DNA from: Amphiscolops sp. MND2022
Taxonomy: Eukaryota
Assembly (NCBI GenBank): GCA_964187785.1
Contig: OZ076409.1
Coordinates: 96,226,001-96,290,000, forward strand
Direction: 5' to 3'
DNA: 64,000 nucleotides
The position numbers and the translations under genes are program-made. Below the pieces are notes generated by a model. That model did not search any database. It worked only from the letters and a program-made list of their open reading frames with translations, and was not told the origin of the DNA. The stretch's first letter is position 1, and every line of letters starts with the position of its first letter. Below are positions 51,610-64,000 of this stretch, in pieces.

Positions 51610-54600
51610 ATGTATGGTAAGGTAATTGTCATCAGAAGGGATGGAGAAGATGGGGCCATGTTTCCAATACAACAAAAGGCTATTACAATGGGAAGGTAAG
51701 TGCATGTATTTTGGTTCGGTGAATTTCCAAATAACAAGAGCAAATAACAAAAACTACAATTTATCAATTTTACTCCATTATTTATTTTCTTATTTACCAA
51801 CCTTTCTCTTAACTTAATACAAACTTATATTTCTAGACGATGTATTGAAATACTGATCTTAGTTATTTACCTTTTCATTAATAAAAATGAGTTTCTCTAG
51901 ACATAAAATTAAAATAGGAAGTTTTAGTGGTCAAAAGCATTCAAAAGATTCAATGAAAAAAGTATGAAATACAAATAAAATTTCGTGAGTTCGACTGTTT
52001 AAGCGGGTATTCGTTTTTTAATGTTATATAAAACTTATCAACGCTTATCAGGATTAAAACCGGTGCAGTGGGCATGCATGTTCCCCCGCTACGCGGGCAG
52101 TAAGCGTGCGTTTGGGGATACTTAGTATCAGGTATTTAATCAGCATTTTTGGTGCTAAGGAACCAAAAATTTATTGTCGGAGCTATGGGAACCTATATTT
52201 TTTGTTTAAGTGTTACGTTTGGGTTCGTGGTCATGATCTTTTCTGAATTTGAACTTATCAGAAAAAATAAGGTCCAAACTTTCATTAATTTTCCTTCGGA
52301 AGAAGGAACTGCATTCATGTTTGGAATATAAGGAATTCACACGAACCCGTGGAATTGTTCTTCGGGCTCACTGGTAGTCGTGCGGATGAAAACTTCATGA
52401 AAACTCAGTCAAGACGAATTGCTAACTATTCAAAGTCATCGTCTGATACGAGTTGTTTTTTTTCGATGTCAGAACGAGTTTTTGTCAAACCGGTTTTTAG
52501 TCGGCACGTTTTCCTTTTAAGGAAAAATGCCCGACTATAGCAGTGACCTTTTTTTCTTCAGACCACAGACCTCACACTGAAAGGTACACTTTTTACAGAA
52601 ACTACTAAGGCCAAGCCCGGCCAGCAGAAACTTAGTCCAAAGGGTCCCCTTTCATTTTTACTATCTCAAGATAACCTACAAAACCGGACGAGCCTAAAGG
52701 GTTCCCCCCTTCGGATTTTTTTTCGGCACTGTGCGACTTTGGCCCCCCTTCGAGGTTTTTGACATTTTGCAACTGAATGTATATTAATAAATCCAAAAGG
52801 GTCCCCCTTTTACATTTTTCGGCACTATGCGACATTTTTCGAAAGAGACTACTTTCAAGTTTTTTTTTTCAAAAAAATGTGCACTTTTTGAGTATTAGAT
52901 ATAGCGCCTACTTTAGACGTTCTCGTCTTGTTACCTGAGGCGCGATATTATGGGGGTGTCTTTTATTTAGAACTGGGGATTGCGACATTCGCATTCAGCG
53001 CCCTAGCGTATCGCGCTTCCAGTGCAGTCTCGAAGTGAACGACAGGCAGCAGCTGATGCTGAAGAACTTGAGTGAAACGAATCCTACAAACATCAATGGC
53101 AAGGCAGTCAACGGCGTTTGTCCCGTCTACCATCAAGACATCATTCAAATCGACGATAGATTTTTCAGGTTAGCTTCTCTCGAAGCGTTGCAGACAAGCA
53201 TCGAATTTGCGATAGATTCAATTTGTTTTTGACGACTGGTGTTCATGAATTGCTGCAATATCACAGACCCGAATTGAACTGTTTAAAATATAATTTTGAA
53301 GGAGCATATTATAAATATGAAATTTTGATACAATTTCATAAAATCCGTTTTCTGAGAAATCAATAAGTGATATCGAATTAGATCCACTGCCATAATTTGA
53401 TGAAAATGATTCGATTCAAACGAGATCTATGAAGTACTGCACTTTTTTTCTCACGGTTGACGTCAATTGACTATGATTTGAAAGAAACTGAAAAATGGTG
53501 TTGAATTTCTCATCTGTAAGCTATGAGACACCAGAGTGTAAAGACCAGACACCTCAAACCCGAATGGGGGAAAATACTTTGATAGATGTAATTTTTATAA
53601 CGATGTCTAATTTGTGTTCTAGAATCGAGTATCCTCCTGGCTCTGTGTTTGCCCTCGTCCCCAGAAGCCCAGCTTCATGCGCTTATTCAAGACAAATTGC
53701 GGTTAGTTTCGAGAATTTACTTCAGGGTCAACGGGGCTGTGCAATAAGAAATTGGAATATTTACTGCTAGAAAAACAGCAGCAATCAATATATTGATATT
53801 GCAAAAATCAAAAATTAATTATTGCAGTATATTGTATCATAAATCAATGATTTGAAACGACAAAATTTACAAGCTTTTCATCCCAAAAGCGTCTATTTAT
53901 CTTCAAGAATAGTTGTTCCTCAAGATTAATCGGCAATAAACGCTGTCTCTATGATTATTCAGATTACACCATCCTGTGTTTTTCTGTTTCAAAATCTTTC
54001 CACAATTACAATGCCAATTTTCCTCATCGCCGTCTACTTTGGTGAAAAACCTCATACATTTTGTCAATTTCCAATATTGCAATAATTGTAAATTTCACAA
54101 TTTATTGCAAAACCTGCAATCAATATATTTTATTGCTATAATTGGTTCCCCGGTCGTCAAAGCATTGCTAGACATGATTCGATATACACGACCCCTGATG
54201 TAAAGAGTCTTTAAATGCTCATTAAGTGGCTGCTTAATTTTCAGGGACGAAGCGAAGAACCAGAGATGTCCTCGGAAACGCCTCAAAATGATATCAAAAG
54301 TGAGTCGAACTTGAGTCAAAGTGATGTATCTCTGTGTTTCAATGATTTTCAGGACTGAAAAACTTTCGACTACTTGCACTGTACTTTTTCTCCCCACCTT
54401 TCAATGAAAATTTCTCAAACTCTCCATACCATTCGAACGAAATTTTTCACAACCATTCTACACCGTATTAGGGTCCTATGTGTGCAATGACATCAAAATA
54501 GTATGACTTGGATCTGAGAAACAGCCTAAGTAACTTGTTTTTCAATATTTTAATCCGTGTCAGACTTCTTTACCGCACATGCCGCTCTGGTTATTTCAAT

Positions 54601-57600
54601 CAAAGTACATTTGTTTCAGCTGTTAAAAAGAGGAAAAGCGAGGGGTTAGCGACCAAGTCGCCCCACCCCAACTTTAACGCCAAGAAACGCATTTCTTTCG
54701 CTCCTGGAGTGAGTCCCGAAATATTCGACAAGACCCTTCCTGCTTCAATGCCGATCAAGAAAGGGTCCGTTCCGGCGTCTCCTGTGCCCACGAAAACTCG
54801 CAAAAGCCTTCTGAGAACCCCGATGGGCGCAGCAAAATTCAGTCCATTGCACGAAGCCAATGGCCACGTTCATCGAAGGTCCAGATCGCTTTCTCACTCT
54901 CCCATGTCTGCCAAGAAAAACGTCTCAACTCCTGCAAATGTGAAAGCAGTGGTGTCTACATCTTCAGAGAAAGCAGTCAAAAGAAGCAGTAGCTCCGTTG
55001 CAGCCGTGGGCATCGAGAATGTCAGCCCGAAAAACGACGAAGCCTTAGTGAAGAGTAACAAGTCAATGACGCCGGTAAATAGCAGCAACACTTCCAGCAT
55101 CAGTCCTCTTTCCAGTGTGGCTAACAACATGCCTTTGGGCGCATCTTCCAACTCTTCCAGAACATTTTTGACAGCCAGACGTTCCAGAGTTTCCGCCGTT
55201 GATACCATTAGCCCAGATTCGTCTCTGGATTCAATCACTGATTTCCTGACCCCAGAACCTTCTAAACAATCTAGACCAAGTCTGCCCAAAAGCCCTGTTT
55301 CCGTGGTTGATAAGCCGCCCCTGGACAAGAGTCCTTTGAAGGCAAAGTCACCGGCAAAATCACCAGGAATGGACCACAAGCCGGTTGCATCGGCCAGCGT
55401 GAAACCTGTTGCATCAGTTAGTCCTGCTACTAGAAAGGTTTGTACAAAGCCAGTCTTGAATCTGATCTCAATGGCAAATTTCCAAAAAGCTGGATGATAA
55501 AATGAATTGTAAATGTGTGATGGAAAGAGCGCAAAACCATGCTTTTCGAGATAATGTTTTAGAATTTCATCCTGTTTTTTTTTTACAGTACAGTAAACCC
55601 TCGATTATCCGCCACCATCGGTCCAGCGCGAATTATGGCGGATAAGTGAGAGTGGCGGTTAATCAAGGGAGCTTAGACACGGGTGGTATAGCAAAATGTC
55701 CCCGTAGATTTGTGGCGGTTGACCAAAGGTGGCGGATAATCGAGGGTTTACTGTAGTATTTTAATTTTCTGGGACAAAATTTCTGAAAGTTACAAATAGT
55801 TGATTCTGAGCGAAATTGGGACTATCCAATTTTTGACCGCTCTATTCAGAGTTTTGGCATGTTTCATCCTCGATTAACTCCCGCAAATCTACTGACTCAA
55901 TGGATGTGTTTTACTTTCAGAAATGATCAACCGTTTTCGAAAATTTCAAAACCTGCCCAAAACAAGTGTTCTTTCTGCGCCTGAAATTTCAATGATGCCC
56001 CAATCAAAATTCAAAGAGCAAATAAGCAATTTTAATGACGCTCAGCGCACGGGAGGACGATTTTTTAATCACAGTACTGTATTTATACAGATGGGTAGCG
56101 GAAATGAAAATTTGTTTTCCAGGTAATCATTTCGAGGAGCTCCGCTACTCCGGCTCCCAGGAATAGTCTGCGAGTTGGGTTGCTGAAGAAGACAATTCCG
56201 CCGAAGACCCAGGTTACTCCTGCAACCGCAAAAAGCAAAGAAGCCGCCACTCCTGTCAGTAGCGATGCCAGTAGAAAGAGTGTGTTGGTTCGGAAGAGTA
56301 CTTTGATGGGTAAGCCCGTTGTCAGTAAGAACACCCCAAAAACAGCTCCCAAAACGTGGGCCGATATTGCCAAGAAGCGACTGACACCGAAACCCAATAA
56401 GCCCATACCGACAGTTGTCACTAAGTTCGTCAATGGAAAAATGAAGTCGACTGTGCGAGTGAAGAGATGCGTCCGAACTTTTGGAGCCGTAAGTTTCCAT
56501 TATCCGTGTTTTTAGGAGTTGGAAAAAGTACCTTTTCTCTCCCTACCTTTTAATGAATATTTCTCAATAACTGTCCATACGATTGTTATGAAATTTAGCA
56601 CATTCTACATCCAAAAGTGATCCCGCGTTCTTTTATCAAAATCGTGTGACTGGGATCTGAGAAAGATGGTCAAAATTAGTCCAAAAAATTTCGATTTTCT
56701 CAAAATATCCATACGATTCGAACAAATCCTATGTGTGCAATGACACCAAAATTGTATGAGAAACGTAGCCAAGATGACGAAATGACTAAAGAACGTAGTT
56801 TGTTGCTTTACCGCACATGCGGATCTGGTGTTTCTTGAATTAATTTAAATATATTGAAGTAGTCCAAAATTGAAGTAAGCCCTTGAGTACGAGGCTTAAC
56901 TGGTACATTTTGAATTTTGTATGGCTATGCAACTTCGTTGCAGGAATAGGTAAACCGAGTTTTGCCTGGGATCCATGTACTAACAATTAGCCGAAGAGCT
57001 CAATTTCGAAATATTGGAAGTTCTAATGAAGTTTCTGTAAGACATCATGCCTTTCCTAGTTCAATATTGAAGACCTATTTGAACTTTGAAAACGCATACA
57101 TTAAATTTTATGGTATGTAATATTAACTTTCACCTTTCTTTTTTAGAATATGAAGGGCGGTAAGAAAAACATCTACGACTTGAATTCTACATCTTCATTC
57201 GCTTCACCGACCATAATCGTCGGACAACAAGCGAATTCGACAATGAGATCAAGGCCTGCCCAGCCGACTCCAAAAGCTCTGAACGTCAATCATGTCGCAA
57301 ATGCAAAAAGTTTACCAACTCCTGATTTGAGTGGTGTTCGGAAACTCATGAAGTCACCTAAAGCTGCCCAGTCGCCGGCATTGAAGGGTGTCAAAGAACT
57401 GTTTCATTCGAAGCAAGTTGCAAGTCCTGACGTCAGAGACGTGCGGCTGTTGATGCGTACACCCAAAGAAGCGAAGTCTCCCGATGTTCGAGGTGTGAGG
57501 ACTCTGCTTCAAACGCCAAAAGAGCCCATCTCTCCTCGAGTTTCTGGGTTGAAGAGGATGTTCAAGTCACCTGGGGACAAATCAGCCAAGTCGCCTCGTC

Positions 57601-59504
57601 TTTCAGGGGTCGCTGAGTTGATGAAGACCCCAGATAAGCCAAAAGCAAGTCCACCGGCATCGAAATCTCCAGGACCGTTGTCAGCTAAGGGAATGAAGTC
57701 CCCTCAAACTAAAGCCGCCAAAGCGAACCCTAGGGCCAAGGCTAAAACCCCCGAAAAAGTAGCTTCACCGAAACCAGTTGTTGCTAAAGCGAGTCCTAAA
57801 ACCAAGGCTAAAACTCCCGAAAAAGCAGCTTCACCGAAACCAGTTGTTGCTAAAGCGAGTCCTAAAACCAAGGCTAAAACTCCCGAAAAAGCAGCTTCAC
57901 CGAAGCCAGTTGTTGCTAAAACGAGTCTTAAGACCAAGGCTAAAACTCCCGAAAAAGCAGCTTCACCGAAACCAGTTGTTGCTAAAGGGAGTCTTAAGAC
58001 CAAGGCTAAAACTCCCGAAAAAGCAGCTTCACCGAAGCCAGTTGTTGCTAAAGCGAGTCTTAAGACCAAGACTAAAACTCCTGAGAAAGCAGCTTCATCA
58101 AAACCAGTCGTTGCTAAAGCGAGTCCTAAAACCAAGGCTAAAACTCCTGAGAAAGCTGTATCACCGAAAAAGCAAACTCGTGGTAGAGTGGTCGCTCAAG
58201 CGATCCCTAAAATAGTTACTCCTAAAAAGGATGTACCTGTTACCACATCTCCCAGAAAGACTAGAGGAACTCGAAAACAAAATGTCAATGTGAAAGTGGC
58301 TAGTCCTGTCAAAACAGCGTCACCCAAAAAAGTTGCTTCATCTGAGGAAACCGTTGTTTCCAGTCCACTGAAAGACGCCCCTACCCCTAGAAAGACGAGG
58401 GGAACTCGAAAGCAAACGCCGAGCAAGTCAGTTGCTAGCCCAGCTAAAATATCGCCCAAGAAGACCAGAGGAACCAGAAACGCCAAGCCAGTTGTAACAG
58501 AAAAAAGTGCTACTCGTGATGAAACGCTCATTGATACAGGAAACGTAACTCCCAAGCAAACGAGGAAAAGAGCAGCTGCTAAAGCAGATAAATCTGAAGA
58601 AGCAAGGACTTTCTCGCCTGTTTCATCCAAAAGAACCAGGACTGTCAAGAAAACTGACGCTTCACCAAAAAAAGCAAGTCCAGTAAAGACAAGCGAAGCA
58701 CCCAAATCTGCGTTTACGCCAAGAAAGACTAGGGGCCGAGCTGCTGCGAAGACAGCAATCGCCAAGTCTCCGAAATCCAGTGATGACCAGGAGTCGGTTT
58801 CACCCAAGAAAACCCGGGTCGCGAAGCAGCCAAATGTTAATGTTGCGAAAGCAGTCGAAGCTGAAGTTGTAGCGTCTCCAAAGCCGACCAGAAACACTCG
58901 GAACAAGGCTCAGGAAAAGCCACGAACACCGTCGCCTCGAAAAATTTCAAGATCTCCGAGTCCTAAGAAGACAAGGAATGCGAGAGGAGCTAAGAACGTC
59001 AAGAAATCGCCTTCTCCGAAAAAGGTCGTGGAAGAAAGTCCAGAAGTGACTAGACCCACTAGAGGAAATCGAGGTGTAGCAAAAACAGATGACGTAAAAG
59101 CTACTGCAACACAGAAAAAGGAGACGAAAGTGATGTCGCCCAAAAAATTATCTCCCAAGAATTCGGAGTCAGCAAAAGAAGAGACTGTTGCAGTTGTTTC
59201 TCCAAAGAAAACACGCGCTCAGCGCAAAACTGGGAAGGCCAGCCCAGTTAAGGACGTCTCCGCAGCTGCCAAAGTGGATCCCAAAAAGTCCCCGAAGCGA
59301 ACACGAGCAACGGCACCTGTAGCCAATGAAACTGGACCCAAGAAAGCAAAGATGGCTGAATCTGAAGAAACAGTTAAAATGTCTCCGAAGAAAACACGCT
59401 CTGCTAAAACTGCCAAAGTGGCTACGCCTGTGAAAAAAACTGTGGCCAAAACCAAAAGTCCTAGTCCCAAAGTTACCAGATCTATGCGAAGTAGAAAAAA
59501 GTAG
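51610..59504 (+). CDS. MKI67: Ki-67-like proliferation marker protein, 7 coding exons: 51610-51695, 52971-53168, 53623-53701, 54245-54299, 54620-55437, 56123-56488, 57147-59504; ~1319 aa
   Basis: GT-AG exons join in phase (3960 nt). FHA domain (IRRDGEDGAMFP..GR.GDCDIRIQ..S..TNPTNING..DRFFRIE), PP1-binding KRISF..SPEIFDKTLP..PIKKG, WADIAK, SPTIIVG and LSGVRKLMKSP / GVKELF motifs occur in the Ki-67 order. Small exons 3-4 are less certain. Confidence 0.85.
52497..52932 (-). mobile_element. Helentron/DINE-1-like repeat copy in Ki-67 intron 1
   Basis: Reverse complement of the 8329/22796 family (..GATATAGCGCCTACTTTAGACGTTCTCGTCTTGT). Confidence 0.6.
55591..55753. mobile_element. Tc1/mariner-pogo-type MITE (same family as 7074-7235)
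   Basis: Perfect TIR CAGTAAACCCTCGATTATCCGCCACC, TA flanks. Confidence 0.9.
57735..58170 (+). repeat. Coding 66-bp tandem repeat (22 aa, ~6.5 copies)
   Basis: AKTPEKAASPKPVVAKASPKTK units in the last Ki-67-like exon. Confidence 0.92.
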
Positions 59505-60226
59505 AATAGATTTGTCATTGTAGTTTTGTAATGAATTTTATTTTAATTACGTAGAAGGCATTTGAGAAGACATCTTGTTTTTTGTGTGCTTTGTTACCAG
59601 TTGTGTTTTGTATGTAGATGATATTTTCTGCTTTTTCTGGGACTCGAAATACCTTCTACTTTTGAATCTTTTATACCTGTGCCCATTGATTGCTTTCATT
59701 TTAATCAATTTGTTTTCGTGATTGAAGTTTTAAATCATCCTCGGACTAATTTTTTGTGATTTTCGGTGTCAACGTTTCCATTCCATCGGGTCTCCATATT
59801 CAATATAGCCTATTCAATTCGTCCTTTTTTGCTATCACAGCTGAGATCATTTGAGGAATAGAAGTGTGATGAGAAATAGTCTTCCTACCAAATTTGAGAC
59901 TTGGATAACTAAGTAGCTAATTTTGTTGAACTCTGGTTTCTCATACCCACAAACAAAATCTACAATACACAAAAAGGTCAAAAATTGGAAACCTTGTATT
60001 TCTTTTTTGGGTCAGTTCGGGACTCGTCTAGAAAACGGCACCGAGTTACTATTTTTCTCACCTTAAACGAAATAAATTTGAACGTTTCTGGTACCGAAGG
60101 TTAGACAAGGAAAAACAAAATGAAGCTTTTGCGCACAGGTGAATCCGTGCTTGAGGCTGAATTCACAATGACAAAAGTGGACCAAAATTCGAAGTGTTTT
60201 CAAGCTGTTGATGCGTCATAGACGTA

Positions 60227-60882
60227 CAGTACTGTGATTAAGAAATCGTCCCCCTATGCGCTGAGCGTCGTTATCAACCAATTAGAAATGCGTATTTGCT
60301 CTCACTTTCAATTCTGATTGGCGCATCAAGTGAAATTTCCGGCGCAGAAAGAACACTTCTGCTATTTTCCCAGTTTTGGGCAGGTTTTTTGAATAATTTT
60401 CTGAAAATTTTAAATTCATCGAATTCTGCAGATTTTATAGAATTTAGTGATATATTTTTTTGTTTCAAAAACATTCTAAATGGAAAAATAATCGCAGTTT
60501 TACGCCGCGCAACGTTCATTTCCTATCTTAATACACGTAAATCGACGAAATTTTACCTTTCGAGCATATTTCGGAAACGGTTGATAATTTTTGAAATCTA
60601 AAAATACCCATAGACTTAGTAGATTTGTGCGAGTTATTTGAGCATAAAACTTGCCGAAAAAACGATAAAACGGTCAAAAATTGGTTAAACGGAAAAAGCA
60701 CCAAATTTGCTCAAAATCAGCTAAATGTAACTTTCTCAATTTTTGTCCCAGAAAATTTAAAAAACACTAATGTAAACTAGATGAAATTCTAAGAAACTAT
60801 TTGTTTTTCAAAATTCTCAACAGATTTCGAGAAAATCGAGCCTAAAATCGCCCCGGGGGACGTTTTCTTAATCACAGTACTT
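60227..60882. mobile_element. Tc1/mariner-like MITE
   Basis: CAGTACTGTGATTAAGAAA..GTCCCC / GGGGACG..TTCTTAATCACAGTACT. Confidence 0.75.
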
Positions 60883-63800
60883 TATATGCTGTTGAACAAA
60901 TCTGACAACTCAAAGGATCGAAACCCGAAAGGACTTAGCATGTAGTTTTATGAATCAAGTAAGTTATTATATTGAAAGAATCGGGCTGCTTCAGTAATTT
61001 TCAGATCTTCGCCGAAAAAGTTATAGAAACGTGGGCAATTCTGTGATCTCTTCCGTTAAAAAAACTTGTTGCATTGCCGATGGAAAATTGCAGTTTTACC
61101 TACATGCTGAGTAAAATCTGTTCGAAGTAACTGAAATTTTAGTCTGTAATAACTTTTTTAGTCTCTATTTGGTGAAAAATCGTCTGGATTGTATCAAACT
61201 GACGACTCTAAACATTGACAAATGTATCAATTTCGGCTGAGCGCTTCTTTTAGATAAATCGTAAGAAAAGGTTTTCGTAAGAATTTTAGATGTTATTCTC
61301 AAAACAAACTTTAGACGTTTTCCTTAGATGATATTCGCGCCCCATTTTGCTCGAAGGATTTTCAAAAACTTCATAATTTGCTGGTGTAGAATTTTTACAT
61401 TTTGACGCTTTAGAAAATCCCATCAATTTTGCGCGAAGCACAGATTATAGATCGAACTATTTTTTTTAGATATTCCAAATTGCGTAAGTCGGTAAAAACA
61501 GCTGAAAAGGCAAATTAGGCGTATTCCGTTAATGATTTTTGGTATACGAATAATAGAACGAGTGAGTTTGATTGTTTGAGCAAGGTAGAATTGACGTCAA
61601 CAACGAAACTGTTCGAATTAGCTAAGTTAGAATCGACTGCTTCGAACGAATTTTGCTAAGTCTTTATTTTAGACGGAAACAGAGATCTGAGGGAAAAAAA
61701 GGCCACCCCCTATCCTTACCCCCCTTTGGAGGACTTATCCAATCGAGCTGAAAATTGGCATGCATAAACTAGAGGTTTTAAATCAGCTTTCGACTCGGAG
61801 TACCCGACCTCGTACCTCCCCCAGTCCCGAGCTATTAGCCCCGGAAGTGACCTAGGTCGACCCCCCTACGAATTCGTCGGCCAAGCACGAAATAAGTCGT
61901 ATTATATATGGAGTTGATAGCCTACGTGATCTTAAGATGTTTGCGCATATTTTTGGAACCCTACGACGCGTGTAGGAGGAGCACGGACCCTAAGTAAATA
62001 AACCCCGAATGTTATGTAAATAGCCAACGGACGAACCGAAGATTATGAAACTTGCCTAAGATGTTCCCCTGTAACCCTAAGTAATATACACGAAAGATAT
62101 ATTGATCGGTCCCCCACGCGCGGAGTAATGTTTTTAAGGCACGCGGGACCGGACGCACGGGCCCGACCGACAAAGACATTTTACCTTGGCTTGTAATACC
62201 TCAAACGAACCGGAATGATGAATGTAGTCGATTACTAACAAGAAAGAAACCGTATTTATAACCCATGCGGGGGTGACCGCCTTAAGTAAACAAACGATAC
62301 GCATATCAGGTAACTCGGTAACCACTAACCTTAGGATGATATAACTCGGCATGTAGCAACTTTGGATGACGACAAATAACTTCAAGGTCACGGACGGACC
62401 TCAAGGTCATTTTAGATGCAACCCCGGAACATATAGGAAAACGTACAATAAAACATGTAAATCAGCGTCTTTAAGCGATAATTTATGCATTTCAGTCAGG
62501 CGGAACGATTTGCGACGTATTGCACCTAGAACGATAGAAAAGTACCCCTTACGCGTAGGGAACATGTAAACCATGTAGTTGAAGGTCATTGAGCAATTTC
62601 TTCGATGTTAAAAATATCTCGGGTGACTTGAATTATTATTGAAATGTGATCTTCGAACGAGATGTGAATTATTTGTCGATGGCGGCAAAGAATGTTTAGT
62701 CGAAGTATAATTAGACGCGTTCACCATGCCATAAAAGGAATAGTAAACATGAAGGTAAACTCATGCAAATTTAAGACGCCGACGCCCTGTATGTAACGAA
62801 AATGTCAAGTATGATAGAAAGTTAAGATGAAACCACCCAGAACACGCGCGACGAACAAATATAAATGAGGCGGATTCGAAGTATATTGGAATAATCAGAA
62901 CCGAGTGAGAAGGCTGGGAGCAAGTTGAGTCTCGCGGAGACAAGATACTTCTTCGGATTAACACTCGCGCTTCTCGACAACTGAGTTAGAGAGCTACCGG
63001 CAAGTTGAGCCTTAAGACGAAGGCAAGAGACTTGGCTAAGCGAAAGAACTCGTTCGTCAGTAGTATTTCTGACGACAGAAATTGTACAAGTCCGTGGCTT
63101 GTGGTTGCATAGTTGGCTGAATTGTGGATACCGATCTTATCAGTTTAGTTAGACCTGATTGAAGGCTATAAAGAAGTTAACTGATTTTCGCTGTTGATTG
63201 TTGTCGCAGGCTGCCGCCTGTGACGGCACAAGGATTACAACAACGGCTGTTGGCCAGGATGTGGCCCCAGGAACTCTCCCTATCTATTAAAGTAAACTAA
63301 AACTTTCTCTTAAACTTTTACGTTGCTCATGTATTTTGTTGCCATATTATTTTAGAAAATAGCCAAAAAGGGCCGTACTGGGACGTATTCCCTTATTACC
63401 AAAACTTAGAATTATTGCACTTGTTGATTATTTATGGTCAACCTTAGTCTTGAATGTTAATTGTATATTAGTCTGTTAACATAGATTGTGTTGTGTTGTT
63501 GTATTATCAATGCAATGTAGTAATAATCAAAGATTATGGCAAGCAACTTAGAGAAAAAACGGAAACGAGTTCAAATGGACTCCTGTACTTTCTTGCCAAC
63601 GCCACTTGCGCTCACCCAATTAGCCAATCAGAGGCCTTCATTTTCGTGTGCTTTATTCTCTTTTGCCAATTACGGCCTTTGTACAAACCGGACGAAAGTG
63701 CTATTAATGCCGTTCAGGCAGTCGGCCTAATCCGGCTATTCAGTCCGCCATAAACAAAGCACTTGTGATTGATGCTAATTTCATGTAATGATATTTAGTC

Positions 63801-64000
63801 AATAGTTAGCTTTGTTAATCATGAAGTACCAATCTGAAGTGTTAATTGATGTTCTGTCGTACCATTAACAAATAGTTATCCAATTTGTTCTAAAATAGCT
63901 GTTGCATGAAATCTGATATTATTGCCTTATCAGGCCTTTTGCCATTGTACCCATGAAAGGTATTTAGACTAAACATATTTGTTGTGCTGCCACGTGCTAA

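Noticed and set aside
57150..59504. 784-aa ORF as a standalone histone H1-like gene
   Set aside because: No globular domain. It is preceded by a strong acceptor and is in phase with the upstream Ki-67-like exons.
57704..59518. Antisense and alternative-frame ORFs over the Ki-67-like exon
   Set aside because: Shadows of a repetitive, low-complexity coding sequence.

Overview
AT-rich, intron-containing eukaryotic (apparently invertebrate animal) DNA dominated by transposon remains. Two host genes can be reconstructed exon by exon, arranged head-to-head: an ERLIN (SPFH/band-7) gene on the - strand (8 coding exons, 24850->12163, ~328 aa, one GC-AG intron) and a Ki-67 (MKI67)-like gene on the + strand (7 coding exons, 51610->59504, ~1319 aa; FHA, PP1-binding motif, Ki-67-like motifs, K/R-rich SP/TP repeats). 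The rest comprises: a defective Ty3/gypsy element, a tandemly duplicated 5' end of a second probable LTR element, several decayed CRE-like (restriction-endonuclease) non-LTR retrotransposons of two families, a decayed LINE, an internally deleted hAT, a MULE-like transposase fragment, many MITEs and an abundant Helentron/DINE-like repeat. The most unusual signal is a set of 9-bp-TSD MITEs with different terminal arms that share the same GCGAAGC-hairpin-rich internal core, plus multi-layer nesting at 25-33 kb. No prokaryotic-type system (CRISPR, operon) is visible. All calls come from manual reading; family assignments need database confirmation.
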